Virus record (IMG/VR): IMGVR_UViG_3300035338_000022
Span: 1-43,327 of that record
Length of the DNA: 43,327 nucleotides
Direction: 5' to 3' (one strand)
Source of the DNA: a virus
Taxonomy: Duplodnaviria > Caudoviricetes
Shown here piece by piece: positions 6,734-17,178 of this stretch. The notes under the pieces are model-generated. The model had not been told where the DNA came from and made no database searches. It worked only from the letters and a program-made list of their open reading frames with translations. Numbering within the stretch: the first letter of the stretch is position 1; each line of letters starts with the position of its first letter. The translations under genes were made by a program, and so were the position numbers.

Positions 6734-8134
6734 CTACTCCCTCCTGTCCACAATGATTTTGAGCTTCAGTCTTTGTACTCGTTCCAAATGGACGGGAGAA
6801 TCAAATGTGGTAGTCACTTGGAGATAATAGACCCCTACCGGAAGATCTGCCTCCACCAAAATCTTGTCATCCTCAACGTTGCTCACGGCCATTTCTTCGA
6901 AGCTCTCACCGTCGAAAGAAACAATGCTTGCAGTCAATGTTCCGTCAATCTTTGACCATGTTTCCCCATCGCTGGATTCCACAAGCACATCAACGAACGC
7001 TTTTTGCCCGGTCTCCATTGTCAGGATCGAGATCTCGGAACCGTTTTGTAGAAATCTCACACGAGTCGGCACCGGTAGAGCTGGATAAATTAATATAGAT
7101 GCCTCTTTGATCACATTGCCGCATTGAGCATAAAGAACTAGACTGGTTTTTTCCGTGACCGACGGAGCTTCGACCTCAGCCGAAAAGACTCCCTCGTTTT
7201 CGTTCACCCCCGGATAAGATACTCCACCAAAGACAAATTCCAGACTCTCCACATCCGTCGTGGCGGCTTCCACACGGAAAGTCTCCCCGGAAATTGCTTT
7301 CTCCGGAGCCTCTATACCATCGATTGAAGGATCCAAAGTGTCCCATGGCGCCTCTCCCGAAGCCCACTCATAATGCTCCTGGGTATGATAGTCGTACCAC
7401 TCGTATGTGAGGCTATCTGGTCTTTCCTTTATCTCATCATAAATCTTTCCGTAAAGGTCGGTGCCAGCAATCAAGACAGTAGCCCAATAGTCTTCGGCTT
7501 CCAGAAGTGGCATTTCAAAGTCTGCAATGCTAACCCATTGATTTTCGAGGTATGCGTAGATATAGACCCGCCCGCTGTCGAGACTGAATTTCAGCTTTTG
7601 GTCTATTGCTTCTCGAACCGAATTAACTAGAATTCCGCCAGCAGAGTCGTAGAGAATCATCTCCGTTTGACCAGTGCTGTAATTTCTGTTCACAAATAGT
7701 ACGTGAGTTGGCGGCGCATAACCCCCATTGGCAATGATCAGGACGTGATTGCCAACTGTGTTGTCCGATTCGGAAATGATAGCTTCACCATCTAAGAACC
7801 AAGCGACCGACTCAGCTTGCGCGTAGTTTTCTCCTTGCATTTCATGCCAGTTCGAGAAAAATTGCTCCGGTGTGGAACCAGCGTATTCGTTTACGTAGAC
7901 ATACACTTCAGCTGGACTAGAGATCTCGAAAAGCACCAGCCCCATGAGATCCGGAAGATCGCCCCATTTGAGTACCTTGCCATAGTCTATATCGAACATA
8001 TCCAATATGTTCGGATCCCATGGGCCGTCTCCCCATAAGCTTCTGGGTATTTTGAAAGGCATTCTGAGTCCGTTTAGATCAAGCATTTCGGGATTGTTTA
8101 TTGCAATTTTGTATGAGGGATATACTTTTGGCAT
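6734..8134 (-). CDS. Putative tail tip or baseplate protein with C-terminal Ig-like domains
   Basis: 466-aa acidic, beta-rich protein in the tail module; IEAPEKAISGETFRVEATT is an Ig-like strand pattern. Confidence 0.6.
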   Translation of the reverse strand: MPKVYPSYKIAINNPEMLDLNGLRMPFKIPRSLWGDGPWDPNILDMFDIDYGKVLKWGDLPDLMGLVLFEISSPAEVYVYVNEYAGSTPEQFFSNWHEMQGENYAQAESVAWFLDGEAIISESDNTVGNHVLIIANGGYAPPTHVLFVNRNYSTGQTEMILYDSAGGILVNSVREAIDQKLKFSLDSGRVYIYAYLENQWVSIADFEMPLLEAEDYWATVLIAGTDLYGKIYDEIKERPDSLTYEWYDYHTQEHYEWASGEAPWDTLDPSIDGIEAPEKAISGETFRVEAATTDVESLEFVFGGVSYPGVNENEGVFSAEVEAPSVTEKTSLVLYAQCGNVIKEASILIYPALPVPTRVRFLQNGSEISILTMETGQKAFVDVLVESSDGETWSKIDGTLTASIVSFDGESFEEMAVSNVEDDKILVEADLPVGVYYLQVTTTFDSPVHLERVQRLKLKIIVDRRE

Positions 8135-8136
8135 TT

Positions 8137-11100
8137 CTACTCCTCCTTTACCCCAAATTTGGCAGGGTTAATAACATTGGAGGTGAGATCGTCGTTCAGT
8201 ATTAGCTTGTTGAACATCAGTTTTGCCCGGTCCAGCCTGACCCTTGTTATCTTCAAGTTCGCTGGGAGGAACGAATACTCAGAATAGACCGCATCATATT
8301 TCTGGACCATCTCCTCCGATATGGGAAACTCTCCAGTTTGAGGCCAAGAATTCCCACGGCCGTATGTAAAAGTATGGTCAGGCGACTCTTCCATAGGGAT
8401 GAAGAAAGCTTCTTCGTGACCATATGGGCCGTCCATAGAAAGGTATTCACTGAGTTGCAGATTCCTACCTTTCACAAAGTATCCTACTATGCTTGATGCT
8501 CCCACTATCCCTGTCATGTCTCCCCGTATAGAGTTCATGAGTTCGTCGGAAGTTTCCGGGAAAACAATCGATCCATAGATCGGTTCAATGATCGGCACCA
8601 GCTTGTTGTTAATGTTTGGCCCTACCGTATCTCCTGGATTGAAAAGGTCAAATGAACCTGGATACAAGACCTTAACCGCTTCTTTCAAATCAAGCTCAGC
8701 TAAAGCTTCTATCGGAGATCTAAAACGGAAATAAAAGTATGGTACGGACGAAAGCCCTGCGCCAGCCTTTACACGTTTGTAGTAGATATGAAGCCTCGGG
8801 AGATGCCACCTGCCTCCTATTTCAGTCATTTCACCTGCTAGAATAGGAACCATTATGTTTGGATACGGCTCTACTTTCTGTATCTCGGCACCGGGAATCG
8901 ATCGACACGGGAGCTCTTCCCACATCCAGTTCCAATATCCTGTCCAGGGGTCATAGGATGCGCCGGTTATCTTGTATACATCCACGCGCTCTATACTCAC
9001 TGCTATATCATCAGGATCCCATCGATATGTTGCGTTCGCACCCGTATCATATCTAGGCTTAGTGATTTTGAACGTGTCAACTGGTTCAGCTAGCCCCCCA
9101 TTCGCTGGATCATAGTTATAGTCCTCAAGATTCCTTTCACCATAGCTATAATCCATAAGAATATTCGAGTCCGTGAAATCGAAGTCGGCAAGTCTATACG
9201 GTTTACCCTCAACAACAGTGCCAGCGAAAAAGATGTCCTTCACCTGGTTCCTGCAAATCTGTTTTGTATAGTGTTTGTCATTCATTCCAAACATGCCATA
9301 AGAGGTGAAGACCCGAAAGTCAAGGCCCCAACTGATGAATCCAATTCCTAGCTTTCCGAGAAAAGCGCTGTAGGCCTCGATGTCCACGACTTCATTCAGG
9401 TTTTTCGTGAAAAACGGGGTCTTCACGCCGGCTGTTTCATTGAAGGTTCTTAGCTGTGATGGAATGATGAATTTGTTTTGCGCTGGCAAGTCAATATTTG
9501 AGAGCTTCAGCTCGATTTCTGTCTTTGCAGCTTTCCCTTCTTTCCGGAAAGTCTCCTGATCCAGAAAAGAATGCGTCAATCCCGTTTTCACTTCTTCAAC
9601 ATGAGGAACGATTGAGGGACCGAATCTCACGCTGTCGCGTTCCCAGTTATGTACGAGAAAGTTATCGACTTTGAAGTTTTCAAGCCTTTCAGGTATATCG
9701 ACCACGTAATAAGGCCTGAAACGACCTTCTGCTATGAGAACCTGCATCTCCTGACTGGCAAAATCCATCTCTTCATCCAGAAGAGTAACCGGTTCAGAGA
9801 TGCCAAGGACTAATCTTTGGAAAGCACCGACTTCCGGGTCATAGTATCGCACGCAGCTATTGACGTACTTCATCGATATGTTCGCGTTCGCCGGTTTCGA
9901 TTCGGGGACGAACACTGGGTAAGCCGTGAACCCATTGTTCTCGTATTCCTCCGCCGTCAGATATCTTTCAATGCCAAAATACCGGCCGTCTTTGCTCAAT
10001 TTCGGAAGGGCGGCCACGAGCATAGGATCGTTCACAAACTCCAGAGTGAATTCACTGACCGGATATGGACCGGGAGAATGAGACGGACTCTCCAGCCACA
10101 CAGTGGTTCCCTCGAGCTTCACTGTATTCACAGAGAGATCGTATGTGATTTTGCTTATTTGAAACGCTCCGTGAAAGAGGAAATCACTCTCCTCATACGG
10201 TAACATAAGCGGATTAGGGGCAAAGTAAAAGGAATCTCTTATCCAAGGTTGTGCCAGAGCCTGCAACATGTACATTTCGCCGGGCCTAACAATTGCCCTC
10301 CGAGAATGGGTGTAATACTGGTTCGCAGACGATTGATCACCGGTTTGCCCGACTGGTTGCGATGTCTGCGAATACATCTCGTATGTACTGTTGTAATTCC
10401 ATGTGCGTTTGAAATACTCAAACAGGCTAATTCCCTCACAGAACAAGACAGTATTGTCTGAATCATAAATCAGATGTCTGTCAGTATTCGGCAGGTTGAA
10501 AATGTCTTGGATCATGGTTATCTCATAAATGCAATTCTCTATTTCCGACACTTCCATGTCCGGTTCCATATAATGATCCGAGACGGTTATAAGAGATCTC
10601 ACTTTATCCAGGAAGGCCGGCCCAATTTTATGCAATCCCTCTTTAGTCAGGTGGTCCATGCTCTTATTATTAACAGATGCAATTTTGTAGAGATCACCAA
10701 AGCGATGAGGACCGAACCACGGCAGCAGTTCTATTCGCCTGATTTCGTCCTCCCCTATCACTTTCTGGCTCGGAAAGGTGCCGTACCCAGGAATGAGGAT
10801 GTCATGGCTCGCTTCCGTAAGAACTTCTTTGTAAATGGAACCTCCAGGGAGTTCGAAGAGTCCGATTATGCAGTCCGGGTTTTCTGAACCCTCAGGGTAT
10901 GTCTCGAACCCTACGAGCGGCAGCGTGAGACCCTTGAAACTGCCCGCCCCGACCTCTTTCTCCACATCGACGAGATCTGAGACGGGCCTCCTAAAATTTG
11001 GCTGTATCAGGGTGAAAGTGCTTCCTTCGATTATCCCTTCACAGACGAGTTTTCTCTCGAACTGTCCTTCAGGGAGCTTCGTATCGTGGAATCGAACTTG

Positions 11101-11202
11101 TACCACCTTGCCGTCATTCTCGAATCCTACGATCGTGCCAGTCCTCACCAACGCTTTCTTTCTCAGGATCCTCGCGATGTTCTCTATGTCGTTCTTTCTC
11201 AT
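8137..11202 (-). CDS. Large tail tip protein, function unassigned
   Basis: 1021-aa ORF coupled to the upstream tail gene; assignment by position only. Confidence 0.6.
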   Translation of the reverse strand: MRKNDIENIARILRKKALVRTGTIVGFENDGKVVQVRFHDTKLPEGQFERKLVCEGIIEGSTFTLIQPNFRRPVSDLVDVEKEVGAGSFKGLTLPLVGFETYPEGSENPDCIIGLFELPGGSIYKEVLTEASHDILIPGYGTFPSQKVIGEDEIRRIELLPWFGPHRFGDLYKIASVNNKSMDHLTKEGLHKIGPAFLDKVRSLITVSDHYMEPDMEVSEIENCIYEITMIQDIFNLPNTDRHLIYDSDNTVLFCEGISLFEYFKRTWNYNSTYEMYSQTSQPVGQTGDQSSANQYYTHSRRAIVRPGEMYMLQALAQPWIRDSFYFAPNPLMLPYEESDFLFHGAFQISKITYDLSVNTVKLEGTTVWLESPSHSPGPYPVSEFTLEFVNDPMLVAALPKLSKDGRYFGIERYLTAEEYENNGFTAYPVFVPESKPANANISMKYVNSCVRYYDPEVGAFQRLVLGISEPVTLLDEEMDFASQEMQVLIAEGRFRPYYVVDIPERLENFKVDNFLVHNWERDSVRFGPSIVPHVEEVKTGLTHSFLDQETFRKEGKAAKTEIELKLSNIDLPAQNKFIIPSQLRTFNETAGVKTPFFTKNLNEVVDIEAYSAFLGKLGIGFISWGLDFRVFTSYGMFGMNDKHYTKQICRNQVKDIFFAGTVVEGKPYRLADFDFTDSNILMDYSYGERNLEDYNYDPANGGLAEPVDTFKITKPRYDTGANATYRWDPDDIAVSIERVDVYKITGASYDPWTGYWNWMWEELPCRSIPGAEIQKVEPYPNIMVPILAGEMTEIGGRWHLPRLHIYYKRVKAGAGLSSVPYFYFRFRSPIEALAELDLKEAVKVLYPGSFDLFNPGDTVGPNINNKLVPIIEPIYGSIVFPETSDELMNSIRGDMTGIVGASSIVGYFVKGRNLQLSEYLSMDGPYGHEEAFFIPMEESPDHTFTYGRGNSWPQTGEFPISEEMVQKYDAVYSEYSFLPANLKITRVRLDRAKLMFNKLILNDDLTSNVINPAKFGVKEE

Positions 11203-12590
11203 CAGATCGCCTCCAGAAGGGAAAGGCTTACCTCATACGGGTGAGAGGAGAACGAGATTCCGTCGATCACATATGAACGTCCATCAAGTGTCGCTCTTCC
11301 ACCCGGTCTTACATATTTAGACGGCGTCACTTCTAGCTTCGTCTCTTTCTGATAACTCTTCTTCGCATACAGAAGATTCGCAAGCCTCAAGGCCGCGACT
11401 GCAGAAGCCGGTTCGTTCGTGCTGTAATGCTCTCTCGGTTCAGGTCCCACCTGCAGCTCGACAGGGAACTTGAACACGTTTCCTCTTAGGTAAAGCCCGA
11501 CGTACTTCTCACAGAACTTCTTCATCTTCCACAATGTCCTCGCTTCTCCCCAATCCCAAGAGGAGCCGGCTACATAGTCAAGAATGATCGTTCGGTAAAT
11601 TGAGACTTCGTTTGATTCTGGACTCCAGACCAGGTACATCTTGTGAATCGGATCACCGGAGGGTTCTTCTTCGAGAAGGTCGTATTCTTCTTCGGTGTAT
11701 AGGTGATCAAGAGAGAAATAGTCAAAACCATACGTTATTGCGCTTATGGACTTGATTCTGTCTATCTCGTCAATTCTTACGTTTGTCCTGCACTTGCCGG
11801 TGTACTTCACGCGCTGCTGGTCACTTGGTGTTGTGTACAGCTCCTTCGTCAGAATCACTGACCAGGACTCGGCTCGAAGGTTATAGTGTCTTACAAGTCC
11901 CTTTTCTAATGGAATCGTATTCAGAAATCCGGTGAGCTTTACTCCTGAGGAAACGTCTCCGGCCTCAATCTCGGTCTTCTCCATGACACCATCGAGGTCT
12001 ATTGAAGAAGAGTCATAGTAGTCGGGAATGAACCTCACAGTCTTTGACGAGTGGTCTACAAGCGTCCTTGCACCCAGGATCCTCTCGAGTTTGATCGTCG
12101 CTTCTCTCAAAGAACCACTGAACTGAAAGTCTCTCGCGCGTATATCGCTTTCTTCAGCGGTAATCACGGACACGTCTGCTTCATATGGAGTCCCGAGATA
12201 TATCGCCTGTGCCATTCCCGCCGGCGTAAGACCGGGATCGAGAGAGAATATGAGGATGTCAGTCTCTTGCTCGAGATACCTGGCCAGCTTGTCTTTGAAT
12301 TCAGCTTCGATAGTGACGTGGCTCATGGCATTTGTAGTCTTCCTGACTCTCTCGATCTCTACCTCGGCGATCGTCTCCACAAATGAACCTCCGTCGAGTC
12401 TCGAATTATGCCAGAGTTCCAGAGTCACCGTCTGTCCCTTCGAGATAAGTGAAGGATCGGTAAGTCGACAGCGAAAAGAGCCGGTGAACGGGGAAAGACC
12501 GGCTCTTTCACTGCCTTGCACGGAATCGACAAGGAGGTAGCCGCTACTCGTTCTCACTTCAACTACGTATCTATTCTCGATAAAGCTCAT
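11202..12590 (-). CDS. Putative tail hub or baseplate protein
   Basis: Follows the tape measure gene; C-terminal PSKYVRPGGRATLDGRSYVIDGISF resembles hub-protein C-termini. Confidence 0.55.
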   Translation of the reverse strand: MSFIENRYVVEVRTSSGYLLVDSVQGSERAGLSPFTGSFRCRLTDPSLISKGQTVTLELWHNSRLDGGSFVETIAEVEIERVRKTTNAMSHVTIEAEFKDKLARYLEQETDILIFSLDPGLTPAGMAQAIYLGTPYEADVSVITAEESDIRARDFQFSGSLREATIKLERILGARTLVDHSSKTVRFIPDYYDSSSIDLDGVMEKTEIEAGDVSSGVKLTGFLNTIPLEKGLVRHYNLRAESWSVILTKELYTTPSDQQRVKYTGKCRTNVRIDEIDRIKSISAITYGFDYFSLDHLYTEEEYDLLEEEPSGDPIHKMYLVWSPESNEVSIYRTIILDYVAGSSWDWGEARTLWKMKKFCEKYVGLYLRGNVFKFPVELQVGPEPREHYSTNEPASAVAALRLANLLYAKKSYQKETKLEVTPSKYVRPGGRATLDGRSYVIDGISFSSHPYEVSLSLLEAI

Positions 12591-15500
12591 CAGATCTCAC
12601 CTGCCAGTTCTAGTTCTCTGGCGATTCTCCGGATAAGCTCGTCTTTGTCCGCGTACTCTTCCTTTTTGATATCAAGGAAGATGTGATACTCCTTCTTCCT
12701 TTCGATCTTCGGAACACTTAGATCAGCACCCGAAGGAATGAAGTCTCCGAGTTCGCCGGAAAGATCTCTGAGCTGACTCTGCAATTGTCCGAATGTGTGT
12801 GACATATCTCTAGTCTTATCAGTAGTACCCCTGTAAACGTCGTCTAGCCATCGAAGGTCGTAGAACTCCTTCATGTTCCCCACGGCTTTGGCCGCTTCAT
12901 GTGAGAGATTCGAGAAGTATTCCGGAAATTCGGCCGCGACCGTTGTTATGCTGTCCATTGAGAAAGAAGAAGCCTCTCTCTGCATGAGTGAGAGATAATC
13001 CCTCAGACCGTCAGAAAGATCCGCGAACGACGCCATTGAGTTAGCGGCACCTCTCGAGGCCTCGTCTCTCATCCCGGTGGCAAGCTCTACCATTTCACGG
13101 ATTATCTCTGTCTTCATCTCAGGCACGATAGAGTGTCCAACTATCTCATCGCTGGCTCGTCTGAATTCTGCTATAACCGCATCTGCTCCGTTCTTCGATG
13201 CCGAGATTATGTTCGACCAGGTCTCGTCAAATTCGACCTCTATCTCATTCAGCGAAGACGCAAAGGATTGAAGTTCCGGTTCGATCTCCTTCAGCGCATC
13301 ACCAAACTCGCCGGTCTTTCCGGCATTTTCCTCGAAGATCTTGTAGAACTGGGACATCTCATCCGTCTGCGTTTGAATCTTCTCCGCCAGAGACCCGGCC
13401 GCGTTAGCGGTCTCCTCCAGTCTGTTCCTGTAATTCTCGATAGCCTTAGTGTCGCCCTCGGCCTCTGCCTTCGCCAGGGCGTCGAGGTATTCGACCTGCT
13501 TGGTCTTCAGTGTGTCGAGTTCTTCACGCAGGGAGACGATAGATTTCTTCTGCTTCTCAAAGGTCTCGGTAGTTGAATCCGCCATCTCGCTTAGTTTTGT
13601 AGATGTCGCCTTGGATTCTTCTTGTATCGATTTCAAGGCGGCCGACGCGAAGCTGGATCCTTCGTTGACTTTCTTCCACTGCTCATTTATTGCGGCGGCA
13701 TCGGAACTGAGGACCTTGGAGTCCGCTATCCCTAACATCTTGGCCAAGGCTTCACCGGTAAGGCCGAGATTTTCTCTAAGGTATACTAGAGTCTCGCCGA
13801 AACCATAAGTATCGAAGACCGACTGAGCCGCGGCCTTTCCTTGCCTTCCATAGATGACCTCCAGTTCTTGGAGAGCTTCTTTGAGTTTGGTCGCTTCTTC
13901 TGAGTTCTCCCCATATTGCTTGACCGCTTCGCTGTACTCATTCCTGGTCTGAGCAATTGAATCCGCGAGAGTGGAGAGCCATTCGGTCTGGTGCGTGGCA
14001 AGCACATTGTTCCTCAAGAGCTCGACTCCGAAGTCTGCCAGTGCAACTCCTACGAAATCGACTTCATTGCCGAACATCTTGGCGGGGTTTGTGAGCTTCT
14101 GGAAAGCGTTGACGAGAGCGATCGAGTCCTTCTCTGTTCCTTTGAACTGATCTCTCACCCTCTCAAAGACAGCCTCTTGTGTTGCCACTTTATTCTCTGT
14201 ACCAAACAGAAAGTCATTTATATTGCCGCCGGTCTTCTCGACTTCCTTCGCGGTCTCCTGGAGGACTTCATTGACGTTACCGAACTTAACTGCGCTCTCG
14301 CCGGCGGACCAGCCCAGTTCAGCGATTTCTTCTTTGAGAGTATTAAGGCTGCTTTTCAGGGACGTGGCCTGTGAGGAGTTTGCTCCGAAGCGGTCCGAGA
14401 CTGTTTCCAGTTCATCAGATAGCCTGCTGTATTCATGGAGAAGTTCGTTAATTCCCGAAACGTGATCCTTTGATAGCTTTCCCTGGTCTGCCATTGCTAG
14501 CGCTACTCGAGCAAGCGCAAGTCCTACCTCATTTGATGCGTCCGTTGCAGCTGACTTCTGCCTCTCCATCATTGTGACAAAAGCTTCTGTTGAACCCACG
14601 GCCTGAAGCTGCACGAGATCAATCGCCTTTACCTGTTGATTTGCAGCTTCAATGACTGACTGAGCTGCCTCATCGTATGACCCGGAAAGGTTAGCAAGAA
14701 CAGACTGTGTCTCCCTGGTGCTGTTTATCATCGATTGGTTGGCCTCTTCAACAGCTGTCGTAATCCTTTTGTTCGTTGCTTCGGTATCCAGAGCGACCGA
14801 GTCGACTTCATCCATGACTTTTCTGAGCTTCTCAACGACTTCATCGCTTGAGAGCGTAAGACTTTCAGAGAATTCTTTAGCCAGATCTCTGAAAGCGTTC
14901 CCTGTGTAGCCGGCCTCTTCTGCAATCTTCTGCATGTTCATCGCGGACTTCACAGCGACAGTCGAGTTAATGACATCAAAGCCTTGAACCGCTTCTTGTA
15001 GTTGCATGAAAGTGCCGGAGATGGTTCCGGCCAGTCTGCTGCTCTCACTCTCAGCCGTAGATGAAAGACTAGAGAATCTCCTCGAGACTTCTTCCATAGT
15101 CTCTACTGCCCCGTCTGCAGCTTCTCTAGTCTGGTTCAGTGCCTTCTCAAGCTCAGACGAGAACCAGTCCTTTGAGAGGTCGTCCATTACCTTGTACAGG
15201 GCGATTGACCCGGCAGTTATACCTGCGATAGCCGCGATCGTTATTCCCACCGGTCCGGTCGCGAAAGCCAGCAGTTTCGCACCCAGTCCACCTACAGAGG
15301 AACCGATACCGGCTAGCGAAGCGCCTGTCTTTGCTGCAGTCCCTGATAGAGTAGTAAGCGCCTGCCCCGCCACTCCTGCCGCTGCTGTCTTTCCTGAAAT
15401 CAGCTTGATCAAACTTCCGAGAATCGCTCCCCAGTTCTTGAACGAGGCAATTGTTTTCATCACGGTTCCCGTAAGGAAGTTGACAGCTCCCGCTCCTATG

Positions 15501-16657
15501 AGAAGAATCGAACCCCACTTGGCTACGTTGACGATCAGCTTCTTCGTGCCTTCATCAAGATTGTTGAGCCAGTTCGCCAGGTCTCTGATCCAACTGACAG
15601 CATTGGCCACTTCGTCTCTGAACAGCGTGGCAAAGGAATTCCCCAGCGATTCGAGAGAAGACTTCAGGAGTTTTATCTGTCCGGCCAGAGAGCTCAACTG
15701 CTCCTCCTTCATTCGTTCGGCCGCTCCCGCTGAATCCTCCAGCGTTGTAGTGAACTCTTTGATCTTCTCGGCACCAGTTGCTATCGCAGCGGCCATTCGA
15801 CCACCGATCTCTGTGCCGAAGATCTCGTAAGCTCCGGTTGTATCGACTCCGGCCGTTCTCATCGTCTCGAGGATCTCGACAAACGAGTGTTGGGCCGGAT
15901 TCACCTGATCAATTGTGAGTCCGTACTTCTGTAGAGCTTCAGTAACCTGACTGGTTGGTGCTGCGAGTCTTGCCAGGGCGTTTCTGAAAGTCGTTCCGGC
16001 CTGTTCACCGTGGATACCCGCAGTCTCAAAGGCCATGAGGGCTGCGACTGTCTCTTCGAGAGAATAGTCGAATCCGGCCGCAGTTGAACCAGCGTATCTC
16101 ATTCCGTAAGCGAGCCTTTCCAGGGTCTCCGGAGAGCTGCCTACCGAAGTCGCGAAGATATCGACTACCCTGGCAGTCTCTTCTGCAGTCATGCCAAACT
16201 GGTCGAGTGTGTCGGTTACAAGCTCCGCAGTCGGTCTCAGTTCAGAGTGCATTGCTTCTGCCAGGTTCGAGACAGGTCCTATCATGGCTTCTATCTCGAC
16301 TCTCTTCTTTCCTGCTGAAGCTAAAGCATAAGCGGCCGATGCGATCTCGCTCGTCATGAAGGACGAGTTCATTGCGACTTCATTTATTGACTTCGACAAG
16401 ATCTGAAAGTCCTCTTCGGTACCCTGCATGACGGCATTGACGTTTCTCATCTCTTCTTCAAAGCCCATAAACTGCTTCAGTGCGAGACCGAAGGGAGCGG
16501 CGATGGCAGTTCCCCAGCCCATCATTGTGAGGCCTGTCTGCTGAAGCTGAGCTCCTACTTCTCTGAGACCCTGCGTCTGCTGCTTTACCCTATTCAATTC
16601 ATCGGAAGCATAGTTCATAGCCCTGAGGACTATTGAGACTTCAGCTTTTGCCGCCAT
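12590..16657 (-). CDS. Tail tape measure protein (TP901-type core)
   Basis: 1355 aa, Ala-rich helical; FEEEMRNVNAV, GIHGEQAGTTFRNAL; hydrophobic mid-segment. Confidence 0.95.
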   Translation of the reverse strand: MAAKAEVSIVLRAMNYASDELNRVKQQTQGLREVGAQLQQTGLTMMGWGTAIAAPFGLALKQFMGFEEEMRNVNAVMQGTEEDFQILSKSINEVAMNSSFMTSEIASAAYALASAGKKRVEIEAMIGPVSNLAEAMHSELRPTAELVTDTLDQFGMTAEETARVVDIFATSVGSSPETLERLAYGMRYAGSTAAGFDYSLEETVAALMAFETAGIHGEQAGTTFRNALARLAAPTSQVTEALQKYGLTIDQVNPAQHSFVEILETMRTAGVDTTGAYEIFGTEIGGRMAAAIATGAEKIKEFTTTLEDSAGAAERMKEEQLSSLAGQIKLLKSSLESLGNSFATLFRDEVANAVSWIRDLANWLNNLDEGTKKLIVNVAKWGSILLIGAGAVNFLTGTVMKTIASFKNWGAILGSLIKLISGKTAAAGVAGQALTTLSGTAAKTGASLAGIGSSVGGLGAKLLAFATGPVGITIAAIAGITAGSIALYKVMDDLSKDWFSSELEKALNQTREAADGAVETMEEVSRRFSSLSSTAESESSRLAGTISGTFMQLQEAVQGFDVINSTVAVKSAMNMQKIAEEAGYTGNAFRDLAKEFSESLTLSSDEVVEKLRKVMDEVDSVALDTEATNKRITTAVEEANQSMINSTRETQSVLANLSGSYDEAAQSVIEAANQQVKAIDLVQLQAVGSTEAFVTMMERQKSAATDASNEVGLALARVALAMADQGKLSKDHVSGINELLHEYSRLSDELETVSDRFGANSSQATSLKSSLNTLKEEIAELGWSAGESAVKFGNVNEVLQETAKEVEKTGGNINDFLFGTENKVATQEAVFERVRDQFKGTEKDSIALVNAFQKLTNPAKMFGNEVDFVGVALADFGVELLRNNVLATHQTEWLSTLADSIAQTRNEYSEAVKQYGENSEEATKLKEALQELEVIYGRQGKAAAQSVFDTYGFGETLVYLRENLGLTGEALAKMLGIADSKVLSSDAAAINEQWKKVNEGSSFASAALKSIQEESKATSTKLSEMADSTTETFEKQKKSIVSLREELDTLKTKQVEYLDALAKAEAEGDTKAIENYRNRLEETANAAGSLAEKIQTQTDEMSQFYKIFEENAGKTGEFGDALKEIEPELQSFASSLNEIEVEFDETWSNIISASKNGADAVIAEFRRASDEIVGHSIVPEMKTEIIREMVELATGMRDEASRGAANSMASFADLSDGLRDYLSLMQREASSFSMDSITTVAAEFPEYFSNLSHEAAKAVGNMKEFYDLRWLDDVYRGTTDKTRDMSHTFGQLQSQLRDLSGELGDFIPSGADLSVPKIERKKEYHIFLDIKKEEYADKDELIRRIARELELAGEI

Positions 16658-16817
16658 ACAGTATCTCTCCTTGAGCTTTGCATAATTTGATAATCGTGAT
16701 TAGAGGAGTCTCCCAGCCCCAGGGAAGACTCCCTATCAGCCAGGATGATTGCGCGAAGATTTTCCAGATCAGGATTTCGTAGTCGTCTTTGGCTCCTTTT
16801 CGGAGCCTTTCCGAAAA
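16641..16817 (-). other. Predicted -1 frameshift extension of the tail assembly chaperone (gpGT equivalent)
   Basis: The -1 frame is open from GAT TTT (16819-16814) to TGA 16641; hairpin GGCTCC-GAAAA-GGAGCC lies 6 nt downstream. Confidence 0.65.
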
Positions 16818-17167
16818 TCGCTGAGATCGCCCTTCGGGAATGCCATTCTGATCGCGTTTCCAAAGATGAGCATCAGGTCGGCAAAGGGGAAGAGACCTAT
16901 GTTTTCCTTTGAAATTTCGAGAGGTTCATTTCCCTCTGGAGCGAAGTCCCATCTATCGATCACAGTTTCACAGAGTTCAAGAGCAGCGTCGATTTCTTCC
17001 GAAGTGAGGTCTAGTCCGCCCTTATCGAGCTTAGGAGCAAGCTTAAGAGCAGGACTCAAGAGATACACTTTCGAGCCTGGGAGGGGTCTGAATGTGATGT
17101 TGCACCCACCAATCTTTACCGTCCTTCTGTATAGAGGCGTAATGATTTCATGGTTTGCTTTTGGCAT
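16769..17167 (-). CDS. Tail assembly chaperone
   Basis: 132 aa between tail tube and tape measure genes; GGAGG RBS. Confidence 0.75.
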   Translation of the reverse strand: MPKANHEIITPLYRRTVKIGGCNITFRPLPGSKVYLLSPALKLAPKLDKGGLDLTSEEIDAALELCETVIDRWDFAPEGNEPLEISKENIGLFPFADLMLIFGNAIRMAFPKGDLSDFRKGSEKEPKTTTKS

Positions 17168-17178
17168 AGGCTTCCTCC

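Noticed and set aside
4718-12590. Second VR or additional DGR target in the tail genes
   Set aside because: No other ORF ends in an RGGxW...IGxR-like segment and I saw no third copy of the repeat by eye. Remote targets outside the window are not excluded.
16630-16863. 77-aa ORF from the track as the chaperone extension
   Set aside because: It lies in the +1 frame with no RBS; the -1 frame fits the known mechanism and the hairpin spacing better.
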